Assembly (NCBI GenBank): GCA_965203515.1
Contig: OZ241907.1
Coordinates: forward strand, 2,816,001 to 2,880,000
Source: Spirochaetia bacterium
GTDB taxonomy: Bacteria; Spirochaetota; Spirochaetia; SZUA-6; Bin103
Length of the DNA stretch: 64,000 nt
Reading direction: 5' to 3'
The notes under the pieces are model-generated. The model was not told the origin of the DNA and searched no databases. It was given only the letters and a program-made list of their open reading frames with translations. A program made the translations under genes and the position numbers. Below, piece by piece: positions 9,830-18,559 of this stretch; position 1 is the stretch's first letter; each line of letters opens with the position of its first letter.

Positions 9830-10528
9830 TCAGCCGGCCGGTTGCGGCGCCAGGGGCGCCGGCTCGTTCGGCCGCGCCAGAATCTTGGATGCGGCCTGCG
9901 TGCCGATGGTCACCGTGCCGCTGTCGGTGCGGAGCGTCACGGCGTCGGCGGCGCGATCGATCGCGTCGACCGTGACCCGGTTGCCGGGGTGCAGGCCGCT
10001 GCGGTGCACGAATTGCAGGAACTCGGGGTCCTGATCGGTCACCCGCGCGACGCGCAGCTCGACCCGCTCGGACTGTTCCATGAGGCTGCCGAAGACGGTC
10101 TGATCGATCTGACCGCGATGAGTCGGGATCGGGTCGCCGTGCGGGTCGACGGTGGGGTGATTCAGGAGCGCGTCGATACGGTCGAGCACCAGGTCGGAAA
10201 TGGCGTGCTCCAGGCTGTCGGCTTCGCGGTGCACTTCCGACCAGTCGAGACCGAGCACCTCCACCAGGAACAGCTCCACCAGCCGGTGGCGGCGCAGGAC
10301 GTCGAGCGCCAGCGACTCGCCGGGCTCGGTCAGGCGGCTGCCGTTACGTGGTTCGTATTCGATCAGGCCAAGGCCGGCCAGGGTCTTCATCATGGAGGTG
10401 GCGGTGCCGGGCGATACGTCCATCGCCTCGGCGATCCGGCCCATCGGCAGAAACCCCTCCGGCCGCTCGCGATGGCGCAGGTAGATCGCCTTGACGTAGT
10501 TCTCGACGGTGCTGGAGTAGGCGCTCAC
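9830..10528 (-). CDS. DtxR/MntR family metal-dependent transcriptional regulator with FeoA-like C-terminus
   Basis: ENYVKAIY, RRHRLVELFL, EADSLEH, DPHGDPIP; GTG start overlaps the SDR stop. Confidence 0.9.
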   Translation of the reverse strand: MSAYSSTVENYVKAIYLRHRERPEGFLPMGRIAEAMDVSPGTATSMMKTLAGLGLIEYEPRNGSRLTEPGESLALDVLRRHRLVELFLVEVLGLDWSEVHREADSLEHAISDLVLDRIDALLNHPTVDPHGDPIPTHRGQIDQTVFGSLMEQSERVELRVARVTDQDPEFLQFVHRSGLHPGNRVTVDAIDRAADAVTLRTDSGTVTIGTQAASKILARPNEPAPLAPQPAG

Positions 10529-11310
10529 GGCTTCGGGTTGGCGGCGCGGGCGGCGCCGGTGGTCATGCCGCCGTCGACCAGCAGGATCTGGCCGGTGACG
10601 TAGGAGGATTCCTCGGAGGCCAGAAAGACCACCGCGCCGTCCAGATCCGCAGGGGCGCCGAGCCGCTTCAGCGGGATGCGATCGATGATGTAGTCGCGCC
10701 ACTCGGCGTCCCGGAAGAGGACCTCGGTCTGCGCGGTGTGAAACCAGCCGGGGGCCAGGCAGTTCACGGTGATCCCGTGCGGGCCGAGCGTGTCGGCCAG
10801 CGCCCGCGACATCTGCAGCACGCCGCCGCGGCTCGCCACGTAGGGGACGACGGCGCCGAAGCCGAACACGCTGGTGACCGATCCGATGTTGATCACGCGG
10901 CCGTACCCGCGTTCGATCATCGCCGGCGCGAACGCCTGCGTGACGAAGAAGGCGCCGCGCAGATTGGTCTCCAGGACGGTGTTCCAGTCGTTCCAGGTCG
11001 TATCCAGGAACGGCTTGCGGACGTTGCAGCCGGCGTTGTTGACCAGGACGTCCACGGCGCCCACGTCCTGCGTCACCGCCTGTCCGAAGGCACGCACGCT
11101 CGCTTCGGACCGGACGTCGAGCGAGTAGGCGCGCGCCGCGCCGCCCAAAGCGCGGACCTGCTCGATGGTGTCGGCGCAGTCGCGGGCGTCGCGCGCGGTG
11201 ATCACCAGCGATGCCCCGGCGCGAGCCAGCGCCTTGCTCATGTAGCTGCCGAGCCCGCGGCTGGCGCCGGTCACTGCCGCGGTGCGGCCGGTCAGGTCGA
11301 ACGAACTCAC
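10525..11310 (-). CDS. Short-chain dehydrogenase (gluconate 5-dehydrogenase/KduD-like)
   Basis: TGASRGLG, VNNAG, YVASRGG (Yxxx[K/R]), PGWF; start overlaps ribH stop. Confidence 0.85.
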   Translation of the reverse strand: MSSFDLTGRTAAVTGASRGLGSYMSKALARAGASLVITARDARDCADTIEQVRALGGAARAYSLDVRSEASVRAFGQAVTQDVGAVDVLVNNAGCNVRKPFLDTTWNDWNTVLETNLRGAFFVTQAFAPAMIERGYGRVINIGSVTSVFGFGAVVPYVASRGGVLQMSRALADTLGPHGITVNCLAPGWFHTAQTEVLFRDAEWRDYIIDRIPLKRLGAPADLDGAVVFLASEESSYVTGQILLVDGGMTTGAARAANPKP

Positions 11311-11774
11311 CGGCCGCCCCCGGCGGCCATCTCCAGTGCCGCCAGCGCCGCCTCTCGCCCCCGATTCACCGTGCCGCCGGCGCGCGCCATCGCCTGTCGA
11401 CGATCGTTCGCGCTGACCACGCCAAACAGGATCGGCACGCCGGTGGCGAGCGCCACCTGCATGATGCCGGCGGCGACCGCGTGCGCCACCAGCTCGTCGT
11501 GATTCGTTTCGCCCTTGATGATGCACCCCACGCAGATGACGGCGCTCACGCCCCCGGCCTGCGCCAGCCGTTGCGCCGCCAGCGGCAGCTCGAACGAGCC
11601 GGGGACCCACGCCACCCGCACGTCTTGGGCGCTGACGCCGTGTTCGGTGAGCGCTGCGGTCGCGCCGTCGACCAGCCGCTGGCTGATCTCATGGTTGTAG
11701 CGACCGGCGGCGATGGCGAAGCGCCGGCCGGCGCCGTCCAGCACGGCAGCCGGAGCGGGGGCGGCGGCTTTCAT
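11307..11774 (-). CDS. ribH: 6,7-dimethyl-8-ribityllumazine synthase
   Basis: VPGSFELP, GCIIKGETNH, PILFGV; ATG overlaps the upstream stop. Confidence 0.93.
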   Translation of the reverse strand: MKAAAPAPAAVLDGAGRRFAIAAGRYNHEISQRLVDGATAALTEHGVSAQDVRVAWVPGSFELPLAAQRLAQAGGVSAVICVGCIIKGETNHDELVAHAVAAGIMQVALATGVPILFGVVSANDRRQAMARAGGTVNRGREAALAALEMAAGGGR

Positions 11775-13006
11775 GAAGCGAGCTGCGCGACGTGCAGCAT
11801 CGGCACCCGCAGGCGCGCCGCCAGCCGCGACAGGCCGGCCCGGCGCGCCATGCCGCCGTCGTCGTCCAGTACCGGGCAGATCGCCGCCGCCGCCGGCAGC
11901 CCGGCGCGCGCGGCCAACGCCACGGCCGCTTCGGTATGGCCGGGACGTGCGGCTACCCCGCCCGGATCGGCGACCAGGGGAAAGACGTGGCCGGGGCGGG
12001 CGAAGTCGGCGGGGGCCGCCCGCGGGTCGGCGACCGCCCGCAGCGTGGCCGCGCGGTCGTGGGCGGACTCGCCGGTGGTGGTGCCGCGCACCGCATCGAT
12101 GGAGACGGTGAAGCGGGTGCCGTGCAACGCCGTGTTGACCGGCGACATCGGCGCAAGCTCCAGTCGCTCGGCCCGCTCGGCGGTGATCGCCGCGCACAGC
12201 ACGCCGCTGGCCTGCCGCAGCATGTGCGTGACGATGCGCGGCGTGATCAACGCCGCGGCCGCCACCAGGTCGCCCTCGTTCTCCCGATCGACGTCGTCGA
12301 TCATCAGCACCATCCGGCCGCCGGCGATCGCCTGCGCGGCTTCGGCGACGCTGGCCATGGCGGAGACCGGCCCGCCGCCGTCGCGGTCCGTCCCGTCATC
12401 GACCGCAGCCGCCCGATGCGCGCCGGCCAGCCGCTCCACGTACTTGGCGATCACGTCGATCTCCACGTTGACCGGCTCGCCTACCCGACGGTCGGTAAGC
12501 GCGGTCGCGCGCGCGGTGTGCGGGATGATCGAGAAGCCGGCGCGGTCGTCCTGCAGGCCGGCGACCGTGAGGCTGACCCCATCGATGGCGATCGACCCTT
12601 CCGGTACGACGTAGGGCAACAGGACCGGCGGCAGACGGACCTCCAGCCAGCGCGCGGCCCCGAGCTGCTCCCACCGCGTGACCGTGGCGGTGTCGTTGAC
12701 GTGGCCTTGCACCAGGTGGCCGTCGACGCGCGTGCCGAAGGCCAGCGGACGCTCCAGGTTGACCCGCCGGCCGATGGCGAACGAGCCGAGCGTAGTCTTG
12801 CGCAGAGTCGCGCCCACGCTGTCGATGGTGAACGTCCGGTCGTCGATGGCGATCACGGTCTGGCAGACGCCGTCGACGGCGATCGACGCACCCACCCCGG
12901 CGCCGGCCAGCACCGTGCGGGCGCCGATGGTCATGCGCACCGCGTCCGCGGCGCGACGGGTGAGAGCGGTGACGACGCCGACTTCCTCTACGATACCGCT
13001 GAACAT
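11771..13006 (-). CDS. ribE/ribB: Fusion of riboflavin synthase (alpha chain) and 3,4-dihydroxy-2-butanone-4-phosphate synthase
   Basis: N-term MFSGIVEE, GVCQTV, GHLVQGHV, GSIAIDGVSLTV, NVEIDVIAKY; C-term DRENEGD, TGESAHDR, RPGHVFPL, RPGHTEA in one ORF. Confidence 0.88.
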   Translation of the reverse strand: MFSGIVEEVGVVTALTRRAADAVRMTIGARTVLAGAGVGASIAVDGVCQTVIAIDDRTFTIDSVGATLRKTTLGSFAIGRRVNLERPLAFGTRVDGHLVQGHVNDTATVTRWEQLGAARWLEVRLPPVLLPYVVPEGSIAIDGVSLTVAGLQDDRAGFSIIPHTARATALTDRRVGEPVNVEIDVIAKYVERLAGAHRAAAVDDGTDRDGGGPVSAMASVAEAAQAIAGGRMVLMIDDVDRENEGDLVAAAALITPRIVTHMLRQASGVLCAAITAERAERLELAPMSPVNTALHGTRFTVSIDAVRGTTTGESAHDRAATLRAVADPRAAPADFARPGHVFPLVADPGGVAARPGHTEAAVALAARAGLPAAAAICPVLDDDGGMARRAGLSRLAARLRVPMLHVAQLAS

Positions 13007-14172
13007 TCCGCTTCCTGCCGTTGCGCGCCGGGGAGCGACCCGTTGCCGGCGAGTCCGAGGGTGGCGGCGAGCGAGCGATAGCCGGTGATGACCGCCTGAT
13101 CGTTGATCTGCCGGTGGCTGACGCGCTCCAGGCGCAGCGCGTCGACCAGACGGCCGTTGCCCAGGTCACCCACGGCGTCGGTTCCGGCGCCGATGACGAT
13201 CGGCGCCACCACCACGACCAGCCGGTCGAACAGCCGCTGCCGGATCAGCTCGGTGTGCAGCGCCGCGCCGCCCTCCACCAGTACCGAGGTGACCCCCGCT
13301 CCCGCCAGGGCGGCGAGCGCCCGATCGAGCGCGACGCGCCCGCCGTCGGCGCTGCGCACCACCGCGACGCGCGCGCCCGCGCCCTCCAGGGCCGCCCGCG
13401 CGCGGCGGTCGTGCCGGTCGGTCGTGAACACCAGCGGCCGGCGCTCGCCGGCCGTCAGCCGCGCCGCCGGCGGCAGGCGCAGCGTCGAGTCGATGACCAC
13501 CGGCAGCGGCTGGCGGTCGCGCAGCGGCGCGGCGAGCCGTACCGTCAGCTCGGGGTCGTCGGCCAGAGCGGTGCCGACGCCGACCATGATCGCGTCATGT
13601 CCGGCCCGCAGCTCGTGGGTCATCACCCGCGCGTCGCGGTCGGAAATCCAGCGGGAATCTCCGCCCGCAGTGGCGATCCGGCCGTCGATCGACTGGGCGA
13701 TCTTCAGGGTGACGAACGGCATGCCGGTGCGGTGGAACTTGAAGTGCACGACGTTCAGGCGCGCCGCCTCGTCCTCCAGCACCCCTTCGACCACCTCGAT
13801 TCCCGCGTCGCGCAACAGGCGAACTCCGGCGCCGTCGACCTTCGGGTGCGGGTCGGCGGTGGCGATCACCACCCGGCGCACCCCTTCGCGGATGATCCGC
13901 TGCGCGCATGGCGGCGTGTGCTTGCCGACGCCGGTCCAGCAGCAGGGCTCCAGGTTGGTGTAGAGGGTGGCGCCGACAGCGCCGCCCGCGCGGGCGGCCC
14001 GGTCCAGCGCGACCGCTTCGGCATGGTCGCCGCGTTCGTTGAGGTGGCCTTCACCGACGATCCGGCCGTCGCGGACGACCAGAGCGCCGGTCAGCGGATT
14101 GGGTGAGGTGCGCCACGCTCCGTGGCGGGCCAGTTTCAGCGCCCGGCGCATCAGCCCCTCGTGGTCATCCAT
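12988..14172 (-). CDS. ribD: Bifunctional diaminohydroxyphosphoribosylaminopyrimidine deaminase/reductase
   Basis: SPNP, HAE, LEPCC...PPC, SIDGRIA, DDPELTVR, VEGG; start MDDHEG. Confidence 0.93.
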   Translation of the reverse strand: MDDHEGLMRRALKLARHGAWRTSPNPLTGALVVRDGRIVGEGHLNERGDHAEAVALDRAARAGGAVGATLYTNLEPCCWTGVGKHTPPCAQRIIREGVRRVVIATADPHPKVDGAGVRLLRDAGIEVVEGVLEDEAARLNVVHFKFHRTGMPFVTLKIAQSIDGRIATAGGDSRWISDRDARVMTHELRAGHDAIMVGVGTALADDPELTVRLAAPLRDRQPLPVVIDSTLRLPPAARLTAGERRPLVFTTDRHDRRARAALEGAGARVAVVRSADGGRVALDRALAALAGAGVTSVLVEGGAALHTELIRQRLFDRLVVVVAPIVIGAGTDAVGDLGNGRLVDALRLERVSHRQINDQAVITGYRSLAATLGLAGNGSLPGAQRQEAECSAVS

Positions 14173-14260
14173 CCCATTGCTCGTCGAGGGGCGCGCGTTA
14201 CCGCAGAAGCGGACCGGGACCCGGCTCGCGCGCAGGACGCACGCAGCCCGCCCGGCTCGA

Positions 14261-14400
14261 ACTTCTCCCATCCGGACTGTACCGTCGGCACCGGAATTCC
14301 ACCGGTTCCTGCTCAGGCTCGTGCGAGCCAGAGCTCACGGGCTGTCACCGTCGGTCTGGAATAGGCGCCGGTTTCAGGCGCCGCACCATGCCCCGAAGTT
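14261..14400 (-). promoter_or_regulatory. FMN riboswitch (RFN element)
   Basis: Minus strand TTCGGGGCATGGTG...TTCCAGACCGACGGT...AGCCCGTGAGC...CCGGTGGAATTCCGGTGCCGACGGTACAGTCCGGATGGGAGAAG upstream of ribD. Confidence 0.92.
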
Positions 14401-14417
14401 CTTCTCTCTGGCGGACG

Positions 14418-14447
14418 AGACTACCCCCGGGCCGGCGCCGGTGTCAA
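14418..14447 (-). promoter_or_regulatory. Putative promoter of the riboflavin operon
   Basis: Minus strand TTGACA, 18 bp, TAGTCT just upstream of the riboswitch. Confidence 0.55.
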
Positions 14448-14474
14448 ATGCCGCCGCTCGGCGACGATGCGGCG

Positions 14475-15197
14475 TCACAGCATCGCCCGGCGGCCAAAGG
14501 CGAGCGTCATGGGGTCGCCGATCGGCACCGGCCCGCGCATCAGGTACGGCTCGCCGTAGTCGACGCCGATCAGCGAACCGTAGTAGCGATGCCGTCCTTC
14601 CCATGCCTCCAGATAGCCGGGCGAGGAGATGGCGGTATCCGGCTCCCCGCGTTGCGGGTCATGGAGCTGCGACCGATAGCAGGCGGCGGCGCGGCGCTTG
14701 CGCTCCCAGTGCTCGCTGACGTCCACCACCAGCGACGGCCGGAACTGATAGCGGCTCATGTAGTGCAGCATCGCTTCGGGCCGATGCGGCGCGCCGCGGC
14801 CGGGATGCTTGCCGACCCCGGCGAACCACCACGCCTCCTTGGCCAGCAGGCTGGCGTTGGCGTGGTCGGGGTGATGGTCCTCCCAATACGGCCCGATCAG
14901 CAGTCGCGGCCGGTGCTCGCGGATCACCTCGAGCAGCCGCACCCGGTGTTCCAGCGTACAGGTCACCGCGCCGTCGGGGAGCTCGAGGTTGACGCGCTCG
15001 TCCAGACCCAGGACCGCCGAGGCGGCGGCCGCTTCCCGGTCGCGTTCGGCCGCGGTGCCGCGCGTCCCCGCCTCTCCCCGGGTCAGGTCGCACACGCCGA
15101 TCGACGCGCCTCCCGCCTTGGCGCGCAACAGCAGCCCGGCGCAGGTCAGCTCGGCGTCATCGGGGTGCGCGCAGACCGCCAGCACGTCGAGGGGCAT
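14475..15197 (-). CDS. bshB1: PIG-L family deacetylase, BshB1-like
   Basis: AHPDDAEL, DLTRGEAGTRGT, HHPDH, YRSQ, GSLIGVDYGE. Confidence 0.8.
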   Translation of the reverse strand: MPLDVLAVCAHPDDAELTCAGLLLRAKAGGASIGVCDLTRGEAGTRGTAAERDREAAAASAVLGLDERVNLELPDGAVTCTLEHRVRLLEVIREHRPRLLIGPYWEDHHPDHANASLLAKEAWWFAGVGKHPGRGAPHRPEAMLHYMSRYQFRPSLVVDVSEHWERKRRAAACYRSQLHDPQRGEPDTAISSPGYLEAWEGRHRYYGSLIGVDYGEPYLMRGPVPIGDPMTLAFGRRAML

Positions 15198-15264
15198 CGG
15201 CGGATCATACGCCGCGGGCCGGCAGGCGGCGAGCCCGGACCCCGGTCTGTGGCATAATCCCGCC

Positions 15265-15633
15265 GTGCCGTGGCGCAGGCTGCTGTTTCTGGTCGTACTC
15301 GCCCTGGTGGTGATTCTGCTCGCCGACAACATGGAGAACCGGGCGTCGTTTTCGTTCGTCTTCGCCCGATTGGACGAGGTGCCGATCTTCATGGCGTTGC
15401 TGGTCGCCTTCATCGTCGGCGCGCTGACCATGCTGCCGCTCACCACCGGCCGGCACGGTCCGAGCCGGAGTGAGCGACGGACGGCCGACGCGGGCCGGCC
15501 GCAGCCGGACCCGAACCCGGAACCGCACCGGCCCTCCCCCCGGATCGACGTACCGCAGGACGCGCCGTCGGATGCCGGCCGGCCCGGCAAGAAGCGAAAA
15601 CCGCGCCGGCGGCGGCGCGATCGACGGCAATAA
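15265..15633 (+). CDS. Small membrane protein, LapA-like
   Basis: Two hydrophobic segments separated by ...DN..(S)FSFVF, then a basic tail; GTG 6 nt after CATAAT. Confidence 0.55.
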   Translation: MPWRRLLFLVVLALVVILLADNMENRASFSFVFARLDEVPIFMALLVAFIVGALTMLPLTTGRHGPSRSERRTADAGRPQPDPNPEPHRPSPRIDVPQDAPSDAGRPGKKRKPRRRRRDRRQ

Positions 15634-15687
15634 GCCGCCGGAGCGCTTGCGCTACGCCGCGCTGCCGCTCAAGAATCTGCCTTCCCC

Positions 15688-17985
15688 GTGGAACAGCGCC
15701 AAGGGTCCGACGCGCACCCGATGCAGCGCCGATTGCCCGCCGGGCTCGCAAAGCGCGCCCGCGCCGAAGGCGTCGATGCCGATGCCGCCCTGCTGGTAGC
15801 GCAAACCGACCTCAATCTGTCCGGCGCCTACGAAACGGTCTATCTGGTGGTCGAGCGGGACCGCCTCACCACCGTCGGCGCGCCCGCCGGCGGCGGCACG
15901 GTGACGCGCGTCACCGTCGCCCGCGACGAGATACACGATATCGGCACCCGTTCCGGGGTCGGCGGCGGCTTCCTGGAGGCGGTGATCGAGGATGCCGCGG
16001 TCGAGATACTGGCCTACTCGAACCGTTCGGCGCCGCTGTTCCAGCGGGTGGCGGCCAAGCTGCAGGCATGGGTCGCCGGCGAGCCGCCGGAGGTGGGCCC
16101 GGAGGACCGGGAGGAGCCCGACAGGTGCCCGACCTGCGGCATCAGGCTGGAGGCGCCCGGCGAGGCGTGCCGGCGGTGTCTGAGCCCAGCCAGTCTGCTC
16201 GCCCGGGTGCTGCTGCTCATGCGTCCCTACGCCGGCCGGGCCGCGCTGATGATGGGGCTGGTGCTGGTCTCGATCGGCGCGACGCTGCTGCCGCCACAGC
16301 TCATCAGGGTGATCACCGACCGCGTGCTGGTCCCCGGACAGGCGGACAACCCGGTGCTGCCGGATGCCGATGCGATCGCGCTGCTGGTGCGGCTGGTCGC
16401 CCTGCTGCTGGCCGCCTACCTCGCCGACGGCATCGTGCAGTCGATCCAGCTGCGACTGAGCAGCACCATCGGCACGCAGATCACCTACGACCTGCGCTCC
16501 AAGCTGTTCGGCCACCTGACCAGGCTGTCGATCTCCTACTACGACCGCTACAGCACCGGGCAGCTCATGAGCCGCGTCGTGAACGATACCGAGCAGCTCA
16601 AGGGGCTGATCGAGCAGGCCACCGGCGGGTTCGTGGCGCAGATCATCATGGTGGTCGCCGTCGGCCTGATGTTGTTCAGCCTGAACTGGCAACTGGCGCT
16701 CGTGACCCTGGTGCCGGCGCCGTTCGTGGTAGCCGCCGCGGTCTGGTTCTGGCGCCGCATCTATCCTCGCTATTACCGGATCTGGGACGCGCGCAGCAAG
16801 CTCAACGGCGCGCTCAACTCCATCCTGAACGGCATCCGCGTGGTCAAGGCGTTCGGCCAGGAGCGACGCGAAGTCGCGCGCTTCCGCCGCACCTCCGGCT
16901 ACCTGCGCGACAGCTTCCGCGGCGTGGAATACATGACCGCGACGTTTCAGCCCGGCATGGCGGTGCTGTTCCAGCTCGGCGGCATCCTGGTCTGGTTCAT
17001 CGGCGGCCGCCGCGTGCTGAACGACGTGATGACGTTGGGCACGCTCACGGCGTTCCTTGCCTATCTGGGAATGTTCTACGTGCCGCTTCGGCAGATCACC
17101 CGCATGACCAACTGGCTGACCAGCTTCCTGTCGGCGGCGCAGCGCACGTTCGAGATTCTCGATACGCAGCCGCTGATCCTGGAGTCCGCCGACACCCGGC
17201 CGATCCCCGCGGCGCCGGCGGCGTCGGTCCGGTTCGACCACGTCGATTTCGCCTACGAGCGCAACGAACGGGTGGTCACGGACCTGAGCTTCGAGGTGCG
17301 TCCGGGTGAGCACCTGGGCGTGGTCGGCAAGAGCGGCTCCGGCAAGACCACCCTCATCAACCTGATCGCCCGGTTCTACGACGTCACGGCCGGGTCCGTC
17401 GCCATCAATGGCGTCGACGTGCGGAGGATGCCGCTGCCGGAGCTGCGCCGGTACGTCGGCGTCGTGCTGCAGGAGTCGTTCCTGTTCCGCGGGACGATCT
17501 ACGACAACCTGACCTACGGCAACCCGGAGGTGAGCTTCGACGCCGTGGTCGAGGCGGCCAAGGCCGCCAACGCGCACGAGTTCATCATGCAGAAGCCGCT
17601 CGGCTACGACACCTACATCGGCGAGCGCGGCGCCGGGCTGTCCGGCGGGCAGCGGCAGCGCGTGTCGATCGCGCGCGCGTTGCTCTACGATCCCAAGCTG
17701 CTGATCCTGGACGAGGCGACCAGCAGCGTCGATACCGAATCCGAACATCTGATCAAGGAGGCGCTGGACCGGATCACCGAAGGGCGCACCACGATCGCGA
17801 TCGCCCATCGGCTGAGTACGCTGAAGAACTGCGATCGGATCGTCGTGCTCGAAGGCGGGCGGCTGCGCGAGGAGGGCACGCACGACGAGCTGGTGAACCG
17901 GCGCGGCATCTACTACCGCCTGGTCAAGATACAGACCGATCTGGCGCGTGACGCCGCGGTCGAGTTGCTGGAGGCGAGCCGATGA
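15688..17985 (+). CDS. ABC transporter, fused permease/ATPase with N-terminal extension and CxxC...CxxC motif
   Basis: TM domain, GKSGSGKT, LSGGQRQR, ILDEATS, AHRLST; CPTC and CRRC before the TM domain. Confidence 0.9.
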   Translation: MEQRQGSDAHPMQRRLPAGLAKRARAEGVDADAALLVAQTDLNLSGAYETVYLVVERDRLTTVGAPAGGGTVTRVTVARDEIHDIGTRSGVGGGFLEAVIEDAAVEILAYSNRSAPLFQRVAAKLQAWVAGEPPEVGPEDREEPDRCPTCGIRLEAPGEACRRCLSPASLLARVLLLMRPYAGRAALMMGLVLVSIGATLLPPQLIRVITDRVLVPGQADNPVLPDADAIALLVRLVALLLAAYLADGIVQSIQLRLSSTIGTQITYDLRSKLFGHLTRLSISYYDRYSTGQLMSRVVNDTEQLKGLIEQATGGFVAQIIMVVAVGLMLFSLNWQLALVTLVPAPFVVAAAVWFWRRIYPRYYRIWDARSKLNGALNSILNGIRVVKAFGQERREVARFRRTSGYLRDSFRGVEYMTATFQPGMAVLFQLGGILVWFIGGRRVLNDVMTLGTLTAFLAYLGMFYVPLRQITRMTNWLTSFLSAAQRTFEILDTQPLILESADTRPIPAAPAASVRFDHVDFAYERNERVVTDLSFEVRPGEHLGVVGKSGSGKTTLINLIARFYDVTAGSVAINGVDVRRMPLPELRRYVGVVLQESFLFRGTIYDNLTYGNPEVSFDAVVEAAKAANAHEFIMQKPLGYDTYIGERGAGLSGGQRQRVSIARALLYDPKLLILDEATSSVDTESEHLIKEALDRITEGRTTIAIAHRLSTLKNCDRIVVLEGGRLREEGTHDELVNRRGIYYRLVKIQTDLARDAAVELLEASR

Positions 17986-18554
17986 GTCGGCAACGGGAAC
18001 TGACCGAAGCGGAGCTGCGCGAGAAACGGGGCGAGGGTCCCGACACCGCCCGGCTGCGCTATCTGGACCCGTCGATGTGCCGCTTCTATCCCGGCAACTT
18101 CGCGGCGCTGCATCTCGAGATCACCGGCATCTGGGTCTACGGGGGCGTCTATGCCGCGTACTGCTTTCCGGTGGAACGGCGCAGCGAGTTCATCGCCATC
18201 ATCCAGAGTCGCCGCCGCGGCGACGACCTGGAGATCGGCATCGTGCGCCGGCTCGACGACTTTCCCGCCGATCAGGCCGCGCTGGTGCGATCGGCGCTGC
18301 AGCGGCGCTACTTCTTCCACACCATCAGCCGCATCCGGCGGATCGGCTGGGACGGCGGCTACGTGTCGATGCGCGTCGATACCGACAAGGGCCCGGTCGA
18401 CTTTCTGATGCGCTGGAGCAACGATCGAGCGGTGAGCTTCGGCCGCGGCGGCAAGCTGCTGATCGACGTGGACGACAACCGCTACCTGATCCCGCGGGTC
18501 GATGCGCTGCCGCCGCGCGAGCGCAGCGCCTTTACGCGTATCATCTACTGGTAG
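17982..18554 (+). CDS. DUF1854-like protein
   Basis: FP...EFI, EIGIV, RRYF..I, VDTDKG, LLIDVDDNRYLI; coupled to the ABC gene by ATGA overlap. Confidence 0.7.
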   Translation: MSRQRELTEAELREKRGEGPDTARLRYLDPSMCRFYPGNFAALHLEITGIWVYGGVYAAYCFPVERRSEFIAIIQSRRRGDDLEIGIVRRLDDFPADQAALVRSALQRRYFFHTISRIRRIGWDGGYVSMRVDTDKGPVDFLMRWSNDRAVSFGRGGKLLIDVDDNRYLIPRVDALPPRERSAFTRIIYW

Positions 18555-18559
18555 GCGCC

